Notes under the pieces: model-generated
Database searches by the model: none
The model's input: the letters and a program-made list of their open reading frames with translations, nothing else
What the model was told of the DNA's origin: nothing
Program-made: the position numbers and the translations under genes
Shown here: one piece after another, positions 1 to 8,748 of the stretch
How positions within the stretch are numbered: the stretch's first letter is position 1
How the letters are laid out: every line of letters begins with the position of its first letter
DNA from: a virus
DNA: 64,000 nucleotides
Reading direction: 5' to 3' (one strand)
IMG/VR virus record: IMGVR_UViG_3300022200_000032
Coordinates: 13,856-77,855 of that record

Positions 1-1
1 T

Positions 2-85
2 AACGATTTAATACACAACCAAAATTTGTTCTTAGAGAACAAACAAAACAGATTACTAAAATTATTAGAGGATATACATGAGTAG
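2..85 (+). CDS. 3' end of an upstream gene truncated by the window edge (...NDLIHNQNLFLENKQNRLLKLLEDIHE*)
   Basis: Frame open from position 2 to TAG at 83-85, overlapping the ATG at 78; translated by hand. Confidence 0.55.
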   Translation, partial: NDLIHNQNLFLENKQNRLLKLLEDIHE

Positions 86-1130
86 TCCAATCAACGCTTA
101 TACTTCCTGGGATCCATTGGAAGAAGTTATTGTGGGTCGTTGTTACCCACCTGAATATTTTGAGTTCATTCAAGATGACCAAGTACGCAATCAATTGCAA
201 AAAGTTCTGTCAGAAACAGAAGAGGATTTAGATAATTTACAAAAGGTATGTGAAACACACGGGGCTACTGTTCGCAGACCTGAACTTTGTATCACCAAAG
301 ACCAATTCTATATCTGGCAAACAAAGAATGGTGGCGCCCCATTACCACCATTAACTCCAAGAGATTGGCAAATTACATTAGGCGACAAATTATTGCGTGT
401 ACTACAGATGCACGAATTAGATCATATTTGCAACGATTATGAAGCTCAAGGTGGCAATGTAATTAATCCGCATAAAGCAGCAGGCGGGTATGATGAAAAC
501 TGTATTTTAAATGGTGGTTCAGCCTCATGTATTGTGCGTGTGGGTCGAGATGTGTTTTTTGATAATTCAGAATTTTTAACCGAGGCGCAAAGCGGTTGGA
601 TTAAAGAAAACGTACTAAATGACCAAGACTATCGTTTTCATGAAGCTCGTACAGAAGGTCACGGCGATGCTGTGTTTGCAATTTTAAAGCCTGGAGTTAT
701 TCTTAGCACTTATCATGCAGATGACCTTAACTTAGAAGCAGAGTTTCCTGGTTGGGATTTCTTACGTCTAAACGATAGTTCTATTATTGCTGCACAAATG
801 ATCGGACGTGTTAAAGAAGAAAATCGATTAGACGAAGCATGGTATCTTCAGGGAGATAAACCAACTGATCAATTCCGTGACTATGTTAACAACTATCTAA
901 GCCATTGGTTAGGATATATTGAAGAAACTGTGTTTGATGTTAACTGTTTAGTGTTAGATGAACAAAACGTTGTTTTTTCTGCTGAAAATAAAGAAGTATT
1001 CAAGTTTTGCGAAAAGCACGGCATTAATCCTATTGTATCTCCGCTGCGTCATCAGTATTTCTGGGATGGTGGTATTTCTTGTTGCACCCAAGATATTAGA
1101 CGTCGCGGTGGATTAGAAACTTATCTTTAA
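78..1130 (+). CDS. Amidinotransferase (glycine/inosamine-phosphate amidinotransferase, pentein fold)
   Basis: Family motifs WDPLEEVIVG, PRD, GHGDA (His), FDVN and C-terminal GGISCCT (Cys); GAGGA SD upstream. Confidence 0.85.
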   Translation: MSSPINAYTSWDPLEEVIVGRCYPPEYFEFIQDDQVRNQLQKVLSETEEDLDNLQKVCETHGATVRRPELCITKDQFYIWQTKNGGAPLPPLTPRDWQITLGDKLLRVLQMHELDHICNDYEAQGGNVINPHKAAGGYDENCILNGGSASCIVRVGRDVFFDNSEFLTEAQSGWIKENVLNDQDYRFHEARTEGHGDAVFAILKPGVILSTYHADDLNLEAEFPGWDFLRLNDSSIIAAQMIGRVKEENRLDEAWYLQGDKPTDQFRDYVNNYLSHWLGYIEETVFDVNCLVLDEQNVVFSAENKEVFKFCEKHGINPIVSPLRHQYFWDGGISCCTQDIRRRGGLETYL

Positions 1131-1879
1131 AACGGTTGCATTGAAAACGGATGTGGGGGCAATTGTTTTCCGGTACAGATTGGATGATCTAGAACATGCA
1201 ATGCATAAAAGTTAGGGATATTATATATCGAAGACTTTTTGCAGATTTTCCTAAATTCATTTTTTTGGTTAAATTCTGTTATGGCCAACTCTTCTCCACA
1301 ATAATCATTAAACATAAAACTGGTCTCTACGTCATCAAAATATAAAGGTAGAGCAGGTAGATATTTTGTTGCATCCATTTGAAATAGTGCTAATGCATTT
1401 TTTGTACTTGTATATTGATCTAAATCAACACTAACAAACCCCAACACTCTAGAAAAATTCTGGCAGAATTCTGGGATAGTATCATTAACGTCTCCAATCA
1501 CAAGATTAGCCCGATTGTCAATCTTTTCAAATAATTCGTCAATATCAATACGAAAATCTCCAGGTAACCAAAGTTCCGGATGATCTCTATGGTCGACTGG
1601 TTTAGGCATTCCACTCCCAACATCAAATCCAGTTATTGTAAAATCTATATCAAACTCTTTTTTATAGAACTCAGTGTATTCAATTAATGATAACAACCCA
1701 TTGCCGTTCGCCACTCCTAGCTCGATCACATCTATATGATCTAAATCTAGGCACTTTGCTTCCCAGATGCTCATTAACAATCCCAAAGATGTGCTGCGAT
1801 TTCCGTGAATTCCCAATCCATTTGATCTGATATGACTTGCAATGTCGCGTATCTTATTCTCAATATTTTTTAGCTGCAT
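1127..1879 (-). CDS. TylF/MycF-like class I SAM-dependent O-methyltransferase
   Basis: IELGVANGNGL, GFD..GMP, VDLDQYTST and FDD motifs. Confidence 0.6.
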   Translation of the reverse strand: MQLKNIENKIRDIASHIRSNGLGIHGNRSTSLGLLMSIWEAKCLDLDHIDVIELGVANGNGLLSLIEYTEFYKKEFDIDFTITGFDVGSGMPKPVDHRDHPELWLPGDFRIDIDELFEKIDNRANLVIGDVNDTIPEFCQNFSRVLGFVSVDLDQYTSTKNALALFQMDATKYLPALPLYFDDVETSFMFNDYCGEELAITEFNQKNEFRKICKKSSIYNIPNFYALHVLDHPICTGKQLPPHPFSMQPF

Positions 1880-3360
1880 ACAGTAACTCCATATTTCTTT
1901 TCAAAACGATCAGCATCCTTGCGATCGTTTACCATTGGTTCACCACGAATATTTAAACTTGTGTTTAACAACATTGGACAACCTGTTAAATTATACCATG
2001 CTTCAAGTAATTTGCGAATACCTGAATTATCTTTAGAAACTGTCTGCACCCGACTCGTTCCATCAACATGAACAATAGCAGGAAACTCATCTGGACGAGT
2101 GCAACGTGCGACTACTTGCATGTAAGGACTATTTTCAAAACCATGCGGCATATCGAAATATTCATGCACGTATTCTTCTAATATAATAGGAGCAAACGGG
2201 CGGAAACGTTGTCTACGCTTAATATCATTTACACGATCTTTAATGTCTGGGCCTCTTGGATCTGCTAATAAAGATCGTGTACCTAATGCACGAGGGCCAA
2301 ACTCAGCACGACCGCTTGCTACGCCTACAATTTTGCGAGACAATAACTCATCTAACAATTGTTTAACTGGATATTCTCCTGGAATATTGTGTCCTAAAAA
2401 CGCATCAGTCCAGTTTAACTTTTTACCGTATGCAAGTGCGGCTGTACCAAGTGAACTACCGGCGTCACCAGGATTAGGCATAATCCAAATATTATCATAA
2501 AAGTTGCCTAAGTTACGATTTGCCAAACAATTAAGTGCAACTCCTCCCATATATACTAGATTCTTACTAGTACCTAGTTGTCGAGCTTTGCTCATAATAT
2601 TGTAAATCATTGACTCGGCAATCTCTTGTGTTGAGCAAGCAATGTTTTCTAAATTAGCACTTTCATCTAAGAATGTACCTGTACCAATGTGCATGTTATG
2701 TTTGAATTTTGGTGGATTTATTGTTTCTACAAATTCTTTTAGAATTTCGTTTGTGTAATGGGGTTTTCCCCAACCAACCATACCCATTAAAATATATTCT
2801 TCGTCCAGTGGGCGCAATCCACAACGTTGTGTAAATGCAGAATAAAACAGTCCAATACTTTGCGGATAACGCATAGTCCATAGACGTTTATACTTTGCTA
2901 CACCTTTTTTGTTATATTCTGCGTGCCATATACTAATTGTATCCAATTCGCCAATTGCATCAATAACAACTACTGTTGCATCTGTATATGGACTTGTTTG
3001 AAATCCCGCTGCTGCATGTGATTTGTGATGTGAGAAATAAGTTAAATTGCAATTTAATAAATGGGTGTGTGTTGAAAATTGATCAAGTAATACGTCTCTA
3101 ATGTTAAAGTGCCATTGTGAAACACGTTCGCCACTGCGGATTTGCCTTAATTTTTTAAGCCAATGATTTTCATAGTATGCAACAGTGTCAATATCACCAT
3201 AACTTTCAGCATCATTAAGTATATCGGCACACAGGTTAGCATCGTGCTTTTGTTTGCTGTAGCGTTCTGAATGGCTAGCGAATAATATATCGCCATTGCG
3301 ATCAATCACACTTACACCGGCATCATGAAATCCGCAGCTTACACCTAGTATGTTACCCAT
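1870..3360 (-). CDS. O-carbamoyltransferase, NodU/CmcH/TobZ family
   Basis: FHDAG, HHKSHAA, DAIGE, GGVALNC, PGDAG, EFGPRALG, RPFAP, HVDGTSRVQTV, LNTSLN. Confidence 0.95.
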   Translation of the reverse strand: MGNILGVSCGFHDAGVSVIDRNGDILFASHSERYSKQKHDANLCADILNDAESYGDIDTVAYYENHWLKKLRQIRSGERVSQWHFNIRDVLLDQFSTHTHLLNCNLTYFSHHKSHAAAGFQTSPYTDATVVVIDAIGELDTISIWHAEYNKKGVAKYKRLWTMRYPQSIGLFYSAFTQRCGLRPLDEEYILMGMVGWGKPHYTNEILKEFVETINPPKFKHNMHIGTGTFLDESANLENIACSTQEIAESMIYNIMSKARQLGTSKNLVYMGGVALNCLANRNLGNFYDNIWIMPNPGDAGSSLGTAALAYGKKLNWTDAFLGHNIPGEYPVKQLLDELLSRKIVGVASGRAEFGPRALGTRSLLADPRGPDIKDRVNDIKRRQRFRPFAPIILEEYVHEYFDMPHGFENSPYMQVVARCTRPDEFPAIVHVDGTSRVQTVSKDNSGIRKLLEAWYNLTGCPMLLNTSLNIRGEPMVNDRKDADRFEKKYGVTVCS

Positions 3361-4108
3361 TTCTTACCTTGTTGTTGTATATGCATGCTTGCTCCAACAC
3401 AGTAAACGGTGCTCCAGCTTCGCGTGCTTGTTTAATCATTGCACGTGTATCTTTAGGGAAGCAATGTCCTCCCCAGCCACGTTCAGCAGTTACGTGCGAA
3501 TGATCTGGGCCGATGCGTTCATCTCTACACAAACTATACCGTACACTTTCAAAATCTGCACCTACATTTTCACATAGATCATATAGTTGATTAAAGAAAC
3601 TTACTTTAGTTGCTAAGAAACTATTTTCAGCATATTTAACTAGACTTGCTTCAATGTCGGTGATTAAGTGTGCTTCAATATACGGAAATGCTAGTGTCCA
3701 TATATCAAGCCAAAAATCTTGATTGCCGCCACCTAGAATAACATAATCTTGCGTAGCAAAATCTCTGTCTGCTGTTTCAGCGCGAAGAAACTCTGGGCTA
3801 TATGTGATTTCATGATTGGGAAATTGTTGTTTTAGATCTAGTACGCCTTTAACATCAACTGCTGATTTAATCACAACCGGAATAGTACTGTCTATGGTTG
3901 TTAACACTTGTGCTACATGCGAATAATCGCACGATCCATCAGCAGCACTTGGTGTGTTAACGCAAATAATAACCCCGTCGACATCGTTATAATCCTCTAC
4001 GGTTTCTAGTCCAATTTTAGGATCAACAACAATAATGTCCATGTGCTTGCTAAACTTAGCAGCAACAGCATGCCCAACAAATCCGTATCCTGCGATTGCT
4101 ATACTCAT
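3353..4108 (-). CDS. UDP-glucose/GDP-mannose dehydrogenase family protein, short form without the C-terminal domain
   Basis: GYGFVG Rossmann motif, CVNTP, IKS, SPEFL, KYAENSFLATK, catalytic GGHCFPKD. Confidence 0.85.
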   Translation of the reverse strand: MSIAIAGYGFVGHAVAAKFSKHMDIIVVDPKIGLETVEDYNDVDGVIICVNTPSAADGSCDYSHVAQVLTTIDSTIPVVIKSAVDVKGVLDLKQQFPNHEITYSPEFLRAETADRDFATQDYVILGGGNQDFWLDIWTLAFPYIEAHLITDIEASLVKYAENSFLATKVSFFNQLYDLCENVGADFESVRYSLCRDERIGPDHSHVTAERGWGGHCFPKDTRAMIKQAREAGAPFTVLEQACIYNNKVRNG

Positions 4109-4206
4109 TTGTAGATAAATGGATCGCGCTTACGTAATTCTTTTAGTTTCTTTCTGTAACGGATTTCGAGTTTAATCTTGTTCCAGAGTCGTTTAAAAAT
4201 ATTCAT
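4105..4206 (-). CDS. 33-aa basic peptide MNIFKRLWNKIKLEIRYRKKLKELRKRDPFIYK, absent from the ORF track
   Basis: Fills the gap exactly: TAATG overlap with the upstream stop and ATGA overlap with the downstream start. Confidence 0.8.
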   Translation of the reverse strand: MNIFKRLWNKIKLEIRYRKKLKELRKRDPFIYK

Positions 4207-5294
4207 TAATGTTTTCCTATTGCTTCTATCTGTCTTTGCACAAAATCTGGATCGCTCCAGTGATAATCATATTCAGCATAAGCATCTGATGTACGAATAC
4301 TATATACGTCCAAATACTTATAGAGAGTGTTCCAGATATCCTGATAATCTGTGCTATTAAAACTTTTTTGTAAATCAACCTGACCGATTTGTGGGTGTCC
4401 GATAGTCAGTGTTTTATCATCAGGATCAAATCCATTAACTATTAACCACTGTCTAAAATCCTGTAGTTTTTTCTGCATAAATTCGAAATGGCTTGGATCT
4501 CTGGCCCATTCAATATCGAAATCACCAGCAGCAAGCGTTTGTCCTCTGAGGGTGGTTGACACTAGCTCACCAACCCGGGAATCTCTGCCTTCGTCATTAA
4601 AAACTTCCCAGTGATGTTTTCCTACTGCCTTGTTGACGCCCACAAATACACCACCCAATGGCCTGGAAATGGTATCAATACCAAATAAATCAAAATCATT
4701 CTCATCTAGTTCAAATCTGGGTGCATTAATCCAGCACATGAGTTGACTGGGACGCATCCATTCAGGCATATGGAATTTTTTGCCGTAACTCAGTGCCCAA
4801 GATTCAAATTCATGACATAATAGATTGGTTTGTCTTATATACCATCGTTGTTCGTCATTGGCCTTTAACGCATATGGTGATGGTTCTTGTGCAGTTCCCT
4901 GAAGTTCTTCAAAATATAAATGCAGTCGATTGAAATGATCGTGATCAACCACAATTCTTTCTTTTCCATCATTTTCTGAAATTTCAGTTGTTAGTGAATT
5001 GCTTAATGTGAAGTGATCATCAATCTTATATCCAATATTGCTATTATTAATATATTCGATTACCTGATTAATTTTGTCAATTAAGAAGTTTCCGTTACGA
5101 TCACCATCAGCAAACCCAAAAAAGCAATAATTTTTTTCTAAATGTAGGTTATTGTTCAGTATGTTATTAAATGCATCTAACCATTTACGAGACAGGCTGT
5201 TGTCATACACATCAAAAAACACAGAATGGAATTGTCCGGTAGTATAATTACGTAATTTTATTTCAACGCTATCTAATATTTTGCCACCACTCAT
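4206..5294 (-). CDS. Hypothetical protein (362 aa) in the modification island
   Basis: Long ORF overlapping both neighbours; no motif recognised. Confidence 0.75.
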   Translation of the reverse strand: MSGGKILDSVEIKLRNYTTGQFHSVFFDVYDNSLSRKWLDAFNNILNNNLHLEKNYCFFGFADGDRNGNFLIDKINQVIEYINNSNIGYKIDDHFTLSNSLTTEISENDGKERIVVDHDHFNRLHLYFEELQGTAQEPSPYALKANDEQRWYIRQTNLLCHEFESWALSYGKKFHMPEWMRPSQLMCWINAPRFELDENDFDLFGIDTISRPLGGVFVGVNKAVGKHHWEVFNDEGRDSRVGELVSTTLRGQTLAAGDFDIEWARDPSHFEFMQKKLQDFRQWLIVNGFDPDDKTLTIGHPQIGQVDLQKSFNSTDYQDIWNTLYKYLDVYSIRTSDAYAEYDYHWSDPDFVQRQIEAIGKH

Positions 5295-6591
5295 ATATTC
5301 TTATATCCTGTTTTAATATTTCGTCCATCGTAATTGGTTGTGATCTGATGCTTTCCAGAGTTAAAATTCTTTCTTTGCCCTTGCGCATACCATCCGCATA
5401 TTCATCTATCCACTGCTCTGCAAGTGTGGGCCTATTTAGTAGTTGTTCTAGAACATCAATCAACGGCTGTTGATGTTTGTCGGCGTGCGGTTTGATCCGT
5501 TCTAACACAGAAGAAACATACGGTCCTAATATGTGTCTTGGCAAAGAGAGAGGACTCATTACAATGTCCGGGCTAAATGCAAAGGTAACCTTTGCAAGTA
5601 ACTGTGTATTTAATTCCTTAGATAGCCAGAACATATTTTCTAGTTCAAAAAGTCCTGGCAATGTTAAAGTAAAGTCCAGTCGCATCTGACGGTCATTGGT
5701 TTGTATTGCTTGCGCATCTTTGTAATTTTGCAGCCATTGATCCCACTTTAGTCCTGTACGAATATATTCTCCAACTTTGCCTGTGCCATCAATACTTGCA
5801 CAAATTTGCCAATCACGCAAATGTGCCAAAATATCTGTGTATAAGTTCAGCCCTTTGTAGTCAACTTGAGATAAGTTTGTGTTATAACGTGCATATACAC
5901 GATGACCTTGGTTTAATTCTACAATGCGTTGCATTACACGCCAATGTTCTTCAAACATAAGTGGCTCGCCGCCCACCCAGTATATTTCTTCTACACGGTT
6001 TTCTTCAACGGCATCATATAACTCCTGTGCGGCAGTTTCGGTCTGGAATTGTTGAATTTGTTTTTTGATATCTGGCTTCATCCAGTTGTTTTTGGGGTCA
6101 TTCCAGTTAATCATATTGTGCTTGCGTTGTTCTGATTCCCAAGAACTAGAAAGCATATCTCCACACATACGGCATTTGAAGTTACACAAATTAGATATAC
6201 GATAGTCCCAGGAAACAGGACGCATTGTGGTGTGACCCGATTCGTCTGTGGTTTCCCAGATACGATCGTAATGATGAGATGTTAAATGCCAAAAATAACT
6301 ACGATACACGTCTGTGTTCAATAACTTATGATTGCATACCTGACATTCATCAGGTATTTCTCCATTCATCATCTGAACACGCACATCACGTATCTGTTTA
6401 GAGTTCCAGTGTTCTTCAAGTGTGCGTGGTTTGTAATCACCAGTGCCTGATTCAATATCAATATATTGTGTAAAGTTTTGTGCGGGTTCTCTGGATGCAC
6501 AACAGAGACGGCGCTCTGTTTGTGGCGATAGATATGTGTGCGTCCAAGGCGCCATACACAGGAATTCTGGTTTTGTATCAGGCTTTCTCAT
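5269..6591 (-). CDS. Radical SAM protein with N-terminal twitch (half-SPASM) domain
   Basis: CMAPW...LCC...CQVC, then CNFKCRMC, GGEP, YNTN, SIDG, YIRTG. Confidence 0.9.
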   Translation of the reverse strand: MRKPDTKPEFLCMAPWTHTYLSPQTERRLCCASREPAQNFTQYIDIESGTGDYKPRTLEEHWNSKQIRDVRVQMMNGEIPDECQVCNHKLLNTDVYRSYFWHLTSHHYDRIWETTDESGHTTMRPVSWDYRISNLCNFKCRMCGDMLSSSWESEQRKHNMINWNDPKNNWMKPDIKKQIQQFQTETAAQELYDAVEENRVEEIYWVGGEPLMFEEHWRVMQRIVELNQGHRVYARYNTNLSQVDYKGLNLYTDILAHLRDWQICASIDGTGKVGEYIRTGLKWDQWLQNYKDAQAIQTNDRQMRLDFTLTLPGLFELENMFWLSKELNTQLLAKVTFAFSPDIVMSPLSLPRHILGPYVSSVLERIKPHADKHQQPLIDVLEQLLNRPTLAEQWIDEYADGMRKGKERILTLESIRSQPITMDEILKQDIRIYEWWQNIR

Positions 6592-7819
6592 ACAAGCAAT
6601 CTGCTAACTCCGGCAAGTAATCGTGCATAGACTGCCCTCTACGTTTATCCATACGCAGACTATCTTTGCGCAGAACTTCTGGATCAGTATCCTTGCTATT
6701 CATAAAAAACGCAATTTGTTTAAATTCTTTATAGTGACTAGAATTTACATTGGCACTTAAAAGTCTTTCTGTTGCACGTAGTTTTGCTGTTTTTGGTAGA
6801 CTTGTAATACAATGCTGCGGTGCGTCATGCAACATGTTCCAATATACAAAGTCAAACCCTTGTATATCAATCCAATTAGCAAGTTCTTCTAAATACATTA
6901 CATTAAAGACATTAACAGTAGAACAGACTTGTAATGTTATATTGTCTGAACGCTCACGCAGCTTTTTAAATTGGTCTAAGTTTTTATTAACTGTCTTCCA
7001 ATCTGCACCATAACGTTGATATTCAAAACGTCTTCCTAGATCATCGATTGAAAGTGCGATCTCAACATGTTTAAAATGCTTCCAGACTTCGTGCTCTTCT
7101 GGAAACAACGTACCATTTGTGTTGTAATGAATTTCAATGTCTTTAGCATATCCTTCGTCAACTAATCGTTGTAAGTAATCAAAATGAGGTCCGATCATAA
7201 ATGGTTCGCCGCCAGTGAATTCCAAGTAACGAATATTCTCTGAATTGTTGGCAAGACTATCCCAAAATGTTAAACTATTTTTAGGCCAAGCACCTTTGCG
7301 ATTCATTGTGTAAGCAAAACTTTCTTTGCGTTTTGCCACAGGCAGTTCTTTTAGTTCTTCGCCAGCGTAAGTTGAAGAACTCCACGATCCGCAAATGCGG
7401 CAAGCGATGTTACAAATGTTTCCTAATTTTAAATCTAGAAACTTTAGAGGTTTAGGATGAGTGGACCACTCTGTTTCTTCTTTAAGTATATCCTTTAATC
7501 TGTCTAACGTATGCATACGCTTAGACGTTCTGTTGGCGTCCTCTTCTGCCCAGCAACGTCGGCATTCTGCAGGCTGTTTACCTTCTAAAAATGCGGTTCG
7601 CAATTGATACATATACTCAGAATTTTGTACTTCTGTTAAATTAGTTTTAGTTAAATCAAACTTAACAGATTGGCTGTCAACTACCTCTCCATCATACATA
7701 CAACACGGGCGTACAGTTCCAATCGGGCTAGTTTCTAAACTAATCCAAGGCAATATGCAAAATTTGTTATGTGGTAGATTCATGGTTTCGCACCTATTAT
7801 TTCTTTGAAATAAATCCAT
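6578..7819 (-). CDS. Radical SAM protein with N-terminal twitch domain (likely start 7783, ATGA overlap)
   Basis: CILPW...PCC...CRRC, CNIACRIC, GGEPF, YNTNGT, SIDD. Confidence 0.9.
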   Translation of the reverse strand: MDLFQRNNRCETMNLPHNKFCILPWISLETSPIGTVRPCCMYDGEVVDSQSVKFDLTKTNLTEVQNSEYMYQLRTAFLEGKQPAECRRCWAEEDANRTSKRMHTLDRLKDILKEETEWSTHPKPLKFLDLKLGNICNIACRICGSWSSSTYAGEELKELPVAKRKESFAYTMNRKGAWPKNSLTFWDSLANNSENIRYLEFTGGEPFMIGPHFDYLQRLVDEGYAKDIEIHYNTNGTLFPEEHEVWKHFKHVEIALSIDDLGRRFEYQRYGADWKTVNKNLDQFKKLRERSDNITLQVCSTVNVFNVMYLEELANWIDIQGFDFVYWNMLHDAPQHCITSLPKTAKLRATERLLSANVNSSHYKEFKQIAFFMNSKDTDPEVLRKDSLRMDKRRGQSMHDYLPELADCLYEKA

Positions 7820-8748
7820 AGAGATTTTTCTTCATCTGATAGACTTTCTACTCTATTATAAACAATCTTGACATCAGACGCAATGCCCAATTGAATTATT
7901 TTTTTAATAATATCAATATTGCCATGTCCTCTAAATTCGATAACCCGAACATGATCCAGATGTCCATTCAGATATTCATCCCAGTTAACCTTTTCGTGAT
8001 ATTTTAAATCCAAAATATGCAATTGGTTTTTTTCTTTGGTCCATCGAGATCCCAATAATATATCTTCATACGTTACTACACTATCCAGAGTATCTGATCG
8101 TTTGCTTGGCTTACCATTTTGCTCATCATCCCAACATTTTGAACACGCGATCGGTTTTTTGCCTTGTACAAATTGTTGTCTTAAATTCATCATATAATCT
8201 GAATCTAAAACTTCATTTAAAGAATGCTCATGTATATTAAAATTCCCAATGGTATCATTGGATCCGCAGCAAACCTGAAATTTTCCATCCCTGGTGATCA
8301 CTATACCAATCCAAGGAAAAACGCAAAACGCATCACTGTTAGGGAAATTGTATTTGTCGTGGCAGTGTAATGTCTTTTTTTGTAAAGGATGGCCCGATAC
8401 AATCTTGTTATCTTTAAAATAATTCATTGGCGTCGGATCATAACTAATCACACGTGTAACATCAATAATTTCCTGTGCGATGTTAGCACTGTTGCTTACT
8501 ATTATCACAAAACAATTACTTATATCTGCTATGTTTAGTGCTTCTTGTATTCTGGACAAATGATCACCATAATCAGATATTTCATATTTTTCTTCTGGTA
8601 TGAAAAACACTAACCTGTCGGTAGGACCATAATAATCTTTGCGGCTTTGTTTAACAATAGAATTCAAACGTCTAATATTTGCATCAACAACACAGGCAAA
8701 AACAACATTATAATCTTCGCTGATATGTTTGAGTACGTTATTATTCAT
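7780..8748 (-). CDS. Twitch/SPASM-domain protein with a degenerate radical SAM core
   Basis: CVFPW...VCC...CSKC retained; no CX3CX2C after LDLK; N-terminus paralogous to 8741..10426. Confidence 0.7.
   Translation of the reverse strand: MNNNVLKHISEDYNVVFACVVDANIRRLNSIVKQSRKDYYGPTDRLVFFIPEEKYEISDYGDHLSRIQEALNIADISNCFVIIVSNSANIAQEIIDVTRVISYDPTPMNYFKDNKIVSGHPLQKKTLHCHDKYNFPNSDAFCVFPWIGIVITRDGKFQVCCGSNDTIGNFNIHEHSLNEVLDSDYMMNLRQQFVQGKKPIACSKCWDDEQNGKPSKRSDTLDSVVTYEDILLGSRWTKEKNQLHILDLKYHEKVNWDEYLNGHLDHVRVIEFRGHGNIDIIKKIIQLGIASDVKIVYNRVESLSDEEKSLWIYFKEIIGAKP

Noticed and set aside
78-4206. Saxitoxin- or aminoglycoside-type toxin/antibiotic cluster (amidinotransferase + carbamoyltransferase + PFIY peptide)
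   Set aside because: No SxtA-like PKS, cyclitol synthase, aminotransferase or exporter in the window; shared enzyme families do not imply the same product.
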